Shown in pieces: positions 41,272 through 50,900 of a DNA stretch of 64,000 nucleotides. The DNA is taken from contig CAWFWE010000009.1 in the NCBI GenBank assembly GCA_963819475.1, positions 16,104 through 80,103 on the forward strand. Direction: 5' to 3'. Below the pieces are notes generated by a model that worked only from the letters and a program-made list of their open reading frames with translations, was not told where the DNA came from and searched no databases. This DNA is from an uncultured Actinomycetes bacterium (GTDB taxonomy: Bacteria > Actinomycetota > Acidimicrobiia > IMCC26256 > DASPTH01). How positions within the stretch are numbered: the first letter of the stretch is position 1; every line of letters starts with the position of its first letter. Made by a program: the position numbers and the translations under genes.

Positions 41272-41592
41272 ATGAAGTTCGTCGTGGAGTGGACCACGCG
41301 GCCGGGGAGCGATCCGAAGGACAACGTGCAGAGCAGCGACAGCCTGCTCCAGGCGTTCGGGAGTTGGACACCGCCCGCGGAGTGGACCATCAGCGAGTTC
41401 GTCACGCGCGTCGACGGCCGGGGCGGGCTCCTCATCTGCGAGACCGACGATCTCGGGAGCATCGATCGGGCGGTGGCGCAGTACCTCGCGTGGCTCGACT
41501 ACGAGGTCACGCCGGTGGTTGACATCGGTGACGGCGTCGGCAACCTCGCGGCGGGGAGCGCGTGGGCGCGCACCGCCGGCGGTCTGGGCTGA
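41272..41592 (+). CDS. DUF3303-family protein
   Basis: ATG 41272 follows GAGGGGAG, inside ORF 40954..41592; 106 aa. MKFVVEWTTRPG... is the typical DUF3303 start. Confidence 0.7.
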   Translation: MKFVVEWTTRPGSDPKDNVQSSDSLLQAFGSWTPPAEWTISEFVTRVDGRGGLLICETDDLGSIDRAVAQYLAWLDYEVTPVVDIGDGVGNLAAGSAWARTAGGLG

Positions 41593-41627
41593 TCGGTTCG
41601 GCTTCTCCGGCAATCTACATTGCACGA

Positions 41628-42245
41628 ATGGCGACGGAAGAGGCACGATTCGCCGCGGCCGCGAGCTTGCGGGCTCTCAGTCACTCGTTTGCCGCGCACG
41701 ATCCTGACGACGACGTGCTCACCCAGATCGCAGCGACCGCGACCGAACTCGCGCGCCGGGTCGATGAGGCGCCGACGCGTGAGCGCCTGGCGCCCATGCG
41801 GAAGCTTCCGGACGGGTCGAACCTGGACGTGCTCGGGTTCGAGGACCGAGCCGTCGGCGGCTCGTCGAACCCGATGAGCCTCGAACTCGGCGTTCGATAC
41901 GACACCGACGAAGTGGTCGCCGACGTCGTGTTGCGGAGCGCGTTCGAAGGCGCACCCGGTCGTGCCCACGGCGGCATCATCGCTGCGGCGTTCGATGACG
42001 TCACGGGCTTCCTGATCGCCAGGCTCGAGGAACCGGCCTTCACCGTTGAGCTGACGGTTCGGTATCTCGCACCGGTGCGCGTCGAAGAGTCCTTGGAGAT
42101 CCGCGCCCGGATCGACGGGCGGGAGCGCCGCAGAATCTTCATCAGCGCCGAAGCACGTGTCGCGGAGACGGTGGTCGCGACCTGCCAGGCCACCTACCTC
42201 ACGGTCGATCCGAGCCGCTTCGCGACAGCCGGCGATCCCCGCTGA
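41628..42245 (+). CDS. PaaI-family (hotdog-fold) thioesterase
   Basis: ATG 41628 inside ORF 41562..42245. The core is GAPGRAHGGIIAAAFDDVTGF with a hotdog C-terminal half. Confidence 0.75.
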   Translation: MATEEARFAAAASLRALSHSFAAHDPDDDVLTQIAATATELARRVDEAPTRERLAPMRKLPDGSNLDVLGFEDRAVGGSSNPMSLELGVRYDTDEVVADVVLRSAFEGAPGRAHGGIIAAAFDDVTGFLIARLEEPAFTVELTVRYLAPVRVEESLEIRARIDGRERRRIFISAEARVAETVVATCQATYLTVDPSRFATAGDPR

Positions 42246-42292
42246 CCGATCGCTGTAGGTTGGCGGTCCTACCGGCGACTGAGAAGAGGCGC

Positions 42293-43507
42293 ATGAGCGA
42301 TCAGCCGTACGTCAACCTGCTCGACCCGGAGTTCTACGTCGACCCCTGGGACGCGTACCGCTGGTTGCGCGACAACGACCCGGTGTTCTGGGACCCCGTG
42401 CAGAAGCTGTGGGGCATCTCTCGCTTCGAGGACGTGCTGCACGTCGAGAAGCACGCGCAGCTCTACACCTCGTACCGCGGGTCGCGTCCGCACATCGACC
42501 AGACCGAGAACACGTCCATGATCGACCAGGACGATCCGGCGCACCAGTGTCAGCGGTCGCTCATCGTGCGACGATTCACGCCCCGCGCGGTCTCCACGCA
42601 GGAGGACGAGGTTCGTGCGGTGGCGGCCTCGATCGTCGATGCGGTCGCGCCGGGCGGTTCGTGCGACGCGGTGGAGGCGATTGCGTCGCGGCTCCCCGCG
42701 ATCATGATCGGCCGCCGGCTCGGGTACGCGCCCGAGCAGTGGGAGCAGGTGCGCTACTGGTCGGAAGTCACCATGCACCAGGGCGGCCAGACTCCGGCCG
42801 ACGGCGGGCAGTTTCCCACCCGGGAGATGTTGGGCGACGCGATCAACGATTTCGCGGCGACCACCCTGGCGCTCATCCACGAACGCCGCGCCGACCCCCG
42901 TGACGACCTCATCTCGATCTGGACGCAGGCCGAACGCGAAGGGCACGGCCGCCCGTGGACCGATCAGGAGATCCTCGAAGAGTGCCTGCTCGTGCTGGAC
43001 GGAGGTGCGGAGACCACTCGCACCGTCATCGGCGCGATCATCCGTGAGCTCGCGTTGCGGCCCGACCAGCGCCGCATCCTCCTCGACCGCCCCGAGGTGC
43101 TCGCGCGCACCGGCGTTGAGGAGTTCATCCGCTGGGTGTCCCCGATTCTCAACATGCGCCGTACCGTCACCGAGGACCACGAGCTCCACGGCAAGCAGCT
43201 CCACGCGGGCGACGAGGTGCTGCTGATGTACCCGTCGGCGAACCGCGACGAGCGCGAGTTCCCCGAACCCGACGTGTTCGACGTCACCCGCGAGATGCCA
43301 CAGCACCTCTCGTTCGGAATCGGCACACACTTCTGCCTCGGCGCGGCGTTCGCCCGGCTGGAGGTACGTGTCATGTTCGAGGAGCTGCTGCGGCGCATCC
43401 CCGACTGGCGCCTCGCCGACGACGCGGAGCCGTGCATCGTGCCGGCCACGTTCGCCCGCGCCTACGACAAGGTGCTCATCGAATTCACGCCGGTGGCGAG
43501 CACGTAA
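42293..43507 (+). CDS. cytochrome P450
   Basis: ATG 42293 inside ORF 42260..43507. It has the I-helix LDGGAETT, the EXXR motif and the heme loop FGIGTHFCLGAAFA. Confidence 0.9.
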   Translation: MSDQPYVNLLDPEFYVDPWDAYRWLRDNDPVFWDPVQKLWGISRFEDVLHVEKHAQLYTSYRGSRPHIDQTENTSMIDQDDPAHQCQRSLIVRRFTPRAVSTQEDEVRAVAASIVDAVAPGGSCDAVEAIASRLPAIMIGRRLGYAPEQWEQVRYWSEVTMHQGGQTPADGGQFPTREMLGDAINDFAATTLALIHERRADPRDDLISIWTQAEREGHGRPWTDQEILEECLLVLDGGAETTRTVIGAIIRELALRPDQRRILLDRPEVLARTGVEEFIRWVSPILNMRRTVTEDHELHGKQLHAGDEVLLMYPSANRDEREFPEPDVFDVTREMPQHLSFGIGTHFCLGAAFARLEVRVMFEELLRRIPDWRLADDAEPCIVPATFARAYDKVLIEFTPVAST

Positions 43508-43538
43508 AACCGCGTCCTCGGCGGCGGGGGCGCGGGTT
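43508..43538. terminator. hairpin between the convergent P450 and ABC genes
   Basis: AACCGCG (43508-43514) pairs with CGCGGGTT (43531-43538) with one bulged G. It abuts both stop codons. Confidence 0.3.
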
Positions 43539-45265
43539 CAGGCCTTCGCCGTCCGCGTACCGCGCACGAGCACGCCCCACGTCGCGAGCAGGAACACGAC
43601 GGCGAAGGCGGCCAGGACCAGCCAGTACGTGCCGGTGGGCTCCGTGCCCGCGTCGCCGTACGACGCCAGGAGTGGAGGGCCGAGTCGCGAGCCACCGTCG
43701 GCGAGGATCCGCCGTGCCCCGAGGTCGTGGCCGATCACCTCGAAGGCCCAGCGCGACGGGATCAGCCGGCTGAGCCCGGCACCGGCACCGGCCATGAGGT
43801 GCACGGGCAGGATCGCGCCGGAGAACAACACCGCCGGGAAGCACAACATCGGGAGCGCGAGCGTCGCCTGCGCGACGTTGCCGACCGTGGCGGACGTGAG
43901 CAGGCCGAGGCCGAGCGCCGCCACCGCGCACAGCAACAGCCCCACGCCGATCGAGGCGTAGGTGGACAGGGACCGCTCGGGGAGGCGATCGAGCAGGCGC
44001 AACACTCCCAGCATCGCCACGACGACGAGCACGAGGAACGGTACGAGGACCGTCACCTTCGATGCGACGTACGCGTCCAACCTCAAGCCGACGGCGCGCT
44101 CGCGCTCGAGGATCGGCCGCTCGGTGCAGATCTGGAGCAAGCCGTACGTGAGCCCGAAGAAGAAGGCGGCGAAGACGATCCAGAAGCCGATCATCACCAT
44201 CGAGCTCGGGGTCGGGTGCCCGAAGTCGAACGCGCCGGGACGGAAGAGCACGGCGAACATCGCGACGACCAGCGCCGGCGATCCCAGCAGGATCGCCATC
44301 GTCAGGCGGTTGCGCACCAATGTCTCCAGGGTCCGGTGGGTGAGCACGGCCCATTGCGTCAACCCGGTGGCGGCGCCTCGCGTGCCCTCGTTTCGAGGGC
44401 CGGGCGCGAGCGGTGGTGGGTCGAGGGCAGGCCGCGCGCCCTGCACGGCCGTACCGTCCAGGGCGTCGAGGTCGCGGTAGAGATCCGCGATGGAGCCGAC
44501 GCCGAAGTGATCCAGGGCGTCGGCCGGGGTCCCGACGAACGCGACTCGTCCACCGCGAGCCATGCACACGACTCGATCGCACTGGTGGAGGTCCTCGACG
44601 GAGTGGGTGGTGAACACGACCGTCGCGGAGCGGTCGGCGAGGTGGCGGAGACGCGAGACGATCTCGGCGCCCGTGATCGGGTCGAGGCCGGACGTCGGCT
44701 CGTCGAGGAAGAAGACATGAGGGTCGGTGAGGAGCTCGGCGGCGATGCTGGCGCGCTTGCGCTGCCCGCCGCTGAGCGAGCCGACCTGGACGTCCGCCTG
44801 TGGGGCGAGGCCGACGGCGTCGATTGCATCACCGACCGCCTCCTCGAGCTCGGTCGCGCTCGTCGACGACGGGAGCCGCAACCGCGCGGCGTACCGGAGC
44901 ATGCGCCGGAGGGGCAGCTCGGCGTGGACGATGTCGTCCTGCGGCACGTACCCGAGCACGCCGCGGAACGTCGCCGGATTCGCGTGCACGTCGATGCCGT
45001 CGTAGCGCACCGACCCCGAGGTGGTGGGTCCGATCCCGGCAACCGCATGGAGCAGTGTCGTCTTGCCCGCTCCGCTCGGACCGATGATCGCCACCAGCTC
45101 GCCGGCCGCCACCGTGAAGGAAGCGGCGTCGAGCAGCGTCACGTCGCCGCGGTTGCGGACGCGCACGGTCCGGGACAGCTCGTCGACGTCGATGCGGACT
45201 CCGTGCACCGGGACGTCCACGCCCAGGACGTCGGACCGGGCCAGGCTCCCGTGGTCAACGATCAT
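43538..45265 (-). CDS. fused ABC transporter, ATPase + ABC-2 permease (ABCG-like)
   Basis: ATG 45265 follows GGAGGAGGG. Motifs are Walker A GPSGAGKTT, signature LSGGQRKR and Walker B FFLDEPTSGLD. The C-terminal half is hydrophobic, with about 6 TM helices. Confidence 0.88.
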   Translation of the reverse strand: MIVDHGSLARSDVLGVDVPVHGVRIDVDELSRTVRVRNRGDVTLLDAASFTVAAGELVAIIGPSGAGKTTLLHAVAGIGPTTSGSVRYDGIDVHANPATFRGVLGYVPQDDIVHAELPLRRMLRYAARLRLPSSTSATELEEAVGDAIDAVGLAPQADVQVGSLSGGQRKRASIAAELLTDPHVFFLDEPTSGLDPITGAEIVSRLRHLADRSATVVFTTHSVEDLHQCDRVVCMARGGRVAFVGTPADALDHFGVGSIADLYRDLDALDGTAVQGARPALDPPPLAPGPRNEGTRGAATGLTQWAVLTHRTLETLVRNRLTMAILLGSPALVVAMFAVLFRPGAFDFGHPTPSSMVMIGFWIVFAAFFFGLTYGLLQICTERPILERERAVGLRLDAYVASKVTVLVPFLVLVVVAMLGVLRLLDRLPERSLSTYASIGVGLLLCAVAALGLGLLTSATVGNVAQATLALPMLCFPAVLFSGAILPVHLMAGAGAGLSRLIPSRWAFEVIGHDLGARRILADGGSRLGPPLLASYGDAGTEPTGTYWLVLAAFAVVFLLATWGVLVRGTRTAKA

Positions 45266-45296
45266 GGTCCCTCCTCCGGGGTGGAGTGGAAGAAAA

Positions 45297-45342
45297 AGCA
45301 CGATCGGTCGTGCTCATGCAGCAGAGTACGACCGATCGTGCT
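45297..45342. promoter_or_regulatory. two 18-bp palindromic operator-like sites in the ABC / TetR divergent promoter region
   Basis: AGCACGATCGGTCGTGCT (45297-45314) has perfect 7-bp arms. AGTACGACCGATCGTGCT (45325-45342) has one arm mismatch. The two sites are 28 bp apart centre to centre in an 88-bp spacer. Confidence 0.5.
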
Positions 45343-45353
45343 ATGTTGTCAAC

Positions 45354-46007
45354 ATGCCCGGACCCCGGAAGCCGCGTGCGGACGGCGAACGCACCCGTGA
45401 GGCGATCGTGCGGGAGGCGGTGTCGCTCGCCACGATCGACGGCCTCGAAGGCCTGTCGATCGGCAACCTCGCCGCCCGGCTCGGCATGAGCAAGAGCGGC
45501 GTCTACGCCCACTTCGGCTCGAAGCAGGAGCTCCAGCTCGCCGCCGTGGACGAAGCCGGGCGGATCTTCCATGCCGAGGTCGTCGCACCGGCCCTGGTCG
45601 CCGAGCCGGGACTGGCGCAGCTCGTCGCGGTCTGCGACGCCTTCTTCGACCACCTCATGCGGCACACGTTCCCGGGCGGCTGTTTCTTCGCGGGCGCGGC
45701 CCTCGAGATGGGCACGCGGCCCGGTCCGGTCAAGGAGGAGATCGCCGCCTTCCAGACCGGCCTCACCGCGCTGATCCGCCAGTTCGCAGTCGTTGCGCTC
45801 GAGCAGCACGAGCTTCCCGCGCACGAGGACCCCGACGCACTCACCTTCGAGCTGAACGGCATCATCCTCGCCGCCAACGCCAACTTCGTCCTCCGATCCG
45901 ATCCGGGCGCGCTCGAATTGGCGCGGCGAGTCGTCCGTCGCCGACTCGGCGTCGAACCGTCCTCCCCGCGGCGTTCGTCCTCCCCAGCCCACGTGGCGGC
46001 CGGATGA
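45354..46007 (+). CDS. TetR/AcrR-family transcriptional regulator
   Basis: ATG 45354 inside ORF 45021..46007. The N-terminal HTH is TREAIVREAVSLATIDGLEGLSIGNLAARLGMSKSGVYAHFGSKQELQ. Confidence 0.88.
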   Translation: MPGPRKPRADGERTREAIVREAVSLATIDGLEGLSIGNLAARLGMSKSGVYAHFGSKQELQLAAVDEAGRIFHAEVVAPALVAEPGLAQLVAVCDAFFDHLMRHTFPGGCFFAGAALEMGTRPGPVKEEIAAFQTGLTALIRQFAVVALEQHELPAHEDPDALTFELNGIILAANANFVLRSDPGALELARRVVRRRLGVEPSSPRRSSSPAHVAAG

Positions 46008-47254
46008 CCACGGTCGACGAGGCACTCGCGGCGTGGGGCGCGTACGACCGCGACGAACCGTTTCCGCTGTTCGCCGAGGTCCGTGAACGGGGCGCGGTGC
46101 ACGAGGTGACGCTGGCGGACGGCCATGGCGCGTGGCTCGTGCTCGGCCATGCCGAGTGTCGGGCCGCGTTGAACGACCCGAGGCTCTCGAAAGACCTCCA
46201 GGCTGCGCTGGCGACGGGGGACGAGGTAGTGGCGGAGGGTCTGCCAGGACCGGCCTTCGCCCGACACATGCTCGTGGTCGACCCACCCGATCACACTCGA
46301 CTGCGGCGCTTGGTGGCACGAGCATTCTCGCTTCGACGCATCGAAGCCCTCGGGCCGCGCATCCAGGACATCATCGACGACCTCCTCGACGGCGTCGCGG
46401 CCCATGGGCCGGACCGCCAGGTCGACCTCGTCACCGCCTTTGCGTTCCCGCTCCCGTTCACCGTGATCTCCGAGCTGCTCGGCGTCCCCGGCGACGAGCG
46501 CGCGTCCTTGGGCCGTGGGCTCACCGCGCTCCTGGCACCGACCTCGACACCCGAGGAGTACGCCGCGGCCAAGCGGGCGTCGGATTCGGTCGTCGCGCAG
46601 CTGACCATGCTCGTGCAGCTGAAGTCCGAGGATCCGGGCGACGATCTCATCAGCGCGTTGATCGAGGCCCGCGACGGTGACGAGCGCCTGAACCAGCGGG
46701 AGTTGCTCTCCACGATCTTTCAACTGATCGTTGCGGGGCACGACACCACCGCCAGCCTCATCGAGAACAGCGTCGTCGCGCTGCTCGAGCATCCCGGCCA
46801 ACTCGCCGAGCTGCGCTCCGACCCCACCACGATCTCCGCCGCCGTCGAAGAGTTCCTCCGCTATGACGCCCCGGTTCCGCACGCGACGTTCCGGTACGCC
46901 CGAGAGCCGATCGACCTCGGCGGCGCGACCATCCCCGCGGGCGCGGAGGTCATCATCAACCTCGCGGCCGCCAACCGCGACCCGGAGCGGTATCCAGAGC
47001 CCGACACCCTCGACATCCACCGGTCTGATGCCCGGCACCTCGCCTTCGGGCACGGCATCCACTTCTGTCTCGGTGCCCCGCTCGCCCGCATGGAGGGTCA
47101 GCTGGCGCTCAACTCGCTGCTGCGGCGGTTCCCGGAGCTGCGTCTCGCGACCGTGCCCGAGCGGTTGCACTGGGGACACGGCGACGGCCTCGTGCTTCGT
47201 GGCCTCAGCGAGCTTCCCGTCATCCCCGGGCCGGCCAAGCCGCGGAGCTCGTAG
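46004..47254 (+). CDS. cytochrome P450
   Basis: 416 aa. The ATG overlaps the TetR stop (ATGA). It has AGHDTT, EXXR and the heme loop FGHGIHFCLGAPLA. Confidence 0.9.
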   Translation: MTTVDEALAAWGAYDRDEPFPLFAEVRERGAVHEVTLADGHGAWLVLGHAECRAALNDPRLSKDLQAALATGDEVVAEGLPGPAFARHMLVVDPPDHTRLRRLVARAFSLRRIEALGPRIQDIIDDLLDGVAAHGPDRQVDLVTAFAFPLPFTVISELLGVPGDERASLGRGLTALLAPTSTPEEYAAAKRASDSVVAQLTMLVQLKSEDPGDDLISALIEARDGDERLNQRELLSTIFQLIVAGHDTTASLIENSVVALLEHPGQLAELRSDPTTISAAVEEFLRYDAPVPHATFRYAREPIDLGGATIPAGAEVIINLAAANRDPERYPEPDTLDIHRSDARHLAFGHGIHFCLGAPLARMEGQLALNSLLRRFPELRLATVPERLHWGHGDGLVLRGLSELPVIPGPAKPRSS

Positions 47255-47377
47255 GAGGCGGACAGCCCGGGGCTCGGTCGCGATCCAGCCGCGATCGAGC
47301 GGCGATCGGCCCGCGAACCGCTCCCGCCAAGGTCGAGGGAGCCCCAAACCGGGGCTCGAAGACCGAGAGGAGCTCCC

Positions 47378-47863
47378 ATGACCACCGAGGTCGTTGCCAG
47401 TCCACCCACGTCGACAAGGTCGTCCCACAGTCCCCGCCGCGTGCTCGTGTCCGTAGTGGCGCTCATCGTCGCCGCGCTCATCGGCGCAGGGGTCGTTGCG
47501 CTGAGTGGGAGCGGCACGTCGGGAGAACGCGCCGCAACGGTGCAGCGAGCGGCGGTCCTCCCAGCGGGGAACACCGCCTGCGCCGGGGACGGCGGGGCCC
47601 TGCTGGCGACCATGGTCTCGATGCCGATCGACGTCTCGAGCGACATCATGAGCCGGCTGTCGGCCCCGACTCGTGCACTGCTGGCCAGCGCGGTCGAGCA
47701 GAGCGCGATCACCCGGACGACGCCGGATACACCCGATGCCACGGCGCTCTCCGCCGCCCTCTCGCGCGTCGCACCCGGCGACGCCACGTTGTTGATGCGT
47801 GGGCTCTCGCCGCAGACCCGGGATGCGATCGCCGCGCAGGCCGGCGGATCGGCGTGCCGGTAG
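47378..47863 (+). CDS. single-pass membrane protein, function unknown
   Basis: 161 aa. GAGAGGAG lies 6 nt upstream of the ATG. There is one TM helix (VLVSVVALIVAALIGAGVVAL). No family recognised. Confidence 0.55.
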   Translation: MTTEVVASPPTSTRSSHSPRRVLVSVVALIVAALIGAGVVALSGSGTSGERAATVQRAAVLPAGNTACAGDGGALLATMVSMPIDVSSDIMSRLSAPTRALLASAVEQSAITRTTPDTPDATALSAALSRVAPGDATLLMRGLSPQTRDAIAAQAGGSACR

Positions 47864-47884
47864 CGGAGTTCCGCTCCACGGTCC

Positions 47885-47923
47885 GAGGGGTGCCTGCCGG
47901 CGTCGGCCTGGTGGGCACCCCTC
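47885..47923 (+). terminator. perfect 10-bp stem-loop between the membrane-protein gene and the SARP-cyclase-STAND gene
   Basis: GAGGGGTGCC (47885-47894), a 19-nt loop, then GGCACCCCTC (47914-47923). It lies 22 nt after stop 47863 and 50 nt before ATG 47974. There is no U-tract, so it could equally be an attenuator or operator. Confidence 0.35.
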
Positions 47924-47973
47924 CAGCCGAAGCGGCCGCGGCGCCCGCAGGCCGAAGGTGGGACAATCCGGTA

Positions 47974-50900
47974 ATGTCGAGCCGCGAAGCGGAGATCGCG
48001 TTCGGGGTCTTGGGCCCACTGCAAGTCTCCAGAGACGGCGGCGAGCTCGAATTCGGGAGCCCGCAGATCCGTCTGCTGCTGGCCGCGTTGTTGGTCGACG
48101 CGAACGTGGTGGTGTCGGCCGATCGACTGATCGAAGTGCTGTGGGGCGACGAGCCGCCGCCGAGCGCGGCGAGCTCGGTCCAGAAGCTCGTGTACCGGTT
48201 GCGCTCCCTGCTCGGTCCCGGCTCCGACGAGGTCGTCGTGACCCGCGCCCCGGGATACGTGCTGCACGTGGGTCCCGGGTGCCTCGATGCCACGCGCTTC
48301 GAGAGTTTGGTGGTCGACGCGCACGCGATGAAGCGCCGGGGCGACGCCGCGGAGACCCTTCGGTTGCTCGACGGCGCGTTGCGGTTGTGGCGAGGTTCCG
48401 CGTTCGCGGAGTTCGCGTTCGCCGAGTTCGCGCGCGCGGAGGCGGCTCGCCTCGACGAGTTGCGGTGGACGGCCGTCGAAGATCGCGTCGAGGCGCGGCT
48501 GGCGTTGGGCGGTCACGAGGAGCTCGTCGGCGAGCTCGAGGTGCTCGTACGCGAGTCCCCGTTCCGCGAGCGCTTGTGGGGAGAGCTGATGCTGGCGCTC
48601 TATCGCTCGGGCCGACAGGCCGAAGCACTGCGGGCGTATGCGCGAGTCCGGACCTTGTTGGGTGAGGAGCTGGGGATCGAGCCGGGCGCGCCGCTGCGTG
48701 GCCTCGAAGAGGCGATGTTGTTGCAGAAGCCGGAACTCGACTGGGTTCCACCTGCTTCGACCATCCCGGCCCCCGTCGCGGCGGCCGTGGAGGTCGGCCG
48801 ACCCGCTCCGCCATCGGGAACCGTGACCTTCGTGTTCACCGACGTGGAAGGCTCGACGCGCCTGTGGGAGGAGCACGCCGACGCCATGACGTTCGCGCTT
48901 GCCCGCCACGACGACATCGTGCGCACCGCGGTCGAGGGGCACGCCGGATACTTGGTGAAGACGACGGGTGACGGCGTGCACGCGGCGTTCGCGACTGCTT
49001 CCGATGCACTCGAAGCCGCACTCGAGGCCCAGCGCCTGCTCGTGGCCGAGCCATGGGACGGTGACGACCCGCTGCGCGTTCGCATGGGAGTGCACACGGG
49101 TTCGGCCGAATACCGCGACGGCGACTACTACGGCACCGCCGTGAATCGGGCCGCCCGGGTGATGGCCGCGGCCCACGGCGGGCAGGTGGTGGTGTCCCTC
49201 GCGACCGAGGAGCTCGTCCGCGACTCGTTGCCCGAACACGTCACACTGGTGGACCTGGGCGAGCATCGCCTCCGCGATCTGGCCCGGCCCGAGCGCATCT
49301 TCCAACTTGCGCACCCGGAGCTGCTCGACGACTTCCCGCGACTGCAGTCGCTCGACGCGTTCCCGAGCAATCTGCCGGCACAGGTCAGCTCGTTCGTCGG
49401 ACGCGATCAGGACGTCGCCGACGTTGCGCACGCGCTTGCTGAATGGCGACTGCTCACGCTCACCGGAGTCGGCGGCGTCGGCAAGACTCGCCTGGCGATC
49501 CAGGTCGCGGCGGAGATCCTGCCGCACTTCCGGGATGGGGCATGGCTCTGCGAGCTCGCGGCCGCGAGCGAACCGGAAGCCATGCTCCAGGTCATTGCCA
49601 CCGCCCTGCGCGTCCAACCACGCCCGGGCGTCTCGATCATGGATCTCATCACCGAGTTCCTGTGCAGCAAGCGGCTGCTCCTCGTGTTGGACAACTGTGA
49701 ACACCTGCTCGATGCCGCGGCGCAGTTCGTCGATGCGGTGCTGCGGGATGCGCCAGAGGTCCGCATCCTGGCGACGAGCCGCGAGGGCCTCGCGGTCGAC
49801 GGCGAGCACATGCGAGCGTTGCGTTCGCTCTCCGTGCCCGACCCGTCGGCAGACGTCGAGTCTCTCGTCCGGAGTGATGCCGGGAGACTGTTCGTCGATC
49901 GCGCGGCAGGCGGTGGATTCGTCCTTCGTGCTCGACGCGCCGACCGGCGCGGCGGTCGGGGAGTTGTGCCGACGGCTCGACGGCGTCCCGCTCGCGATCG
50001 AGCTCGCCGCGGCGCGAATCGTCGCCATGAGCCCGGCCGAGATCGCGACCCGTCTCGACGAACGCTTCCGGCTCTTGACCGGTGGGCGACGTGCCGCCGT
50101 CGAGCGTCACCAGACCCTTCGCGCCACGGTCGACTGGTCCTTCTCGCTCTGTTCGCCAGCCGATCAGCGCGTCTTCGCTCGACTCGGCGTCTTCGCGGGA
50201 ACCTTCGGTTCGGAGGCGGCCGAAGCCGTTGCGACCGGTGAGGGCGTCGAGCGCTGGGATGTCATCGAGGCGCTCGCGAGCCTGGTGGGCAAGTCCATGG
50301 TGGTCGGCGACCGCGCCGCAGACGGCGGCACGAGATACTCGATGTTGGAGACGCTCCGAGCGTACGCACGCGAGCGCCTCGACGAGACCGGCGATCCGGA
50401 CCAATGGCGCCGGCGTCACGCCGAGCACTTCGCCGACTTCGCGGAGCAGGCGGGCTCGGGTTTGGAAGGCCCCGATGAGCACGTGTGGCGCGCCCGGGTG
50501 CGAGCTGACCTCGACAACGTCCGAGCGGCGATTCGATGGGCGCTCGACTCCGCACTCACCGCCGATGCGCAGCTCGGACTCCGCATCGTCGCCGCGCTCG
50601 CCTACGCCGCAGTCATCGACATGACCTCAGGCGTCGGCGCCTGGACCGAGCGCGCCGTGGCGCGGGTCGCGGAGACCACACCCGGGCGGCGCACCGCGAT
50701 CCTGGGCGCCGCGGCGATCCAGGCGATCTACGTCGGTGCCCTCGAACGGGCGCGGACGCTTGCGCTCGACGCGTTGCGCGACGGTCTCCCACCCGACTGC
50801 CCGGTCCCGGCTCCCGCCTACGCCGCGCTCGCGAGCTTCGAGTTGAACCAGGGCCGGCCCGACGAGTCGCTCCGCATCGTGCGGCGCGGGCTCCAGGACC

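Noticed and set aside
42246-42292. Micro-ORF encoding a P450-crosslinked peptide precursor (biarylitide-type) upstream of the first P450
   Set aside because: The only start codon there (TTG 42260) is in frame with the P450 and has no intervening stop. I saw no separate 5-10-codon ORF with an aromatic-rich peptide. The second P450 has no upstream spacer at all.
45503-50028. 1103-aa (45503..48814) and 976-aa (47098..50028) minus-strand ORFs
   Set aside because: They are antisense to the TetR, P450, membrane-protein and SARP-cyclase genes. Both are extremely Arg/Pro/Ser/Gly-rich with no domain signatures.
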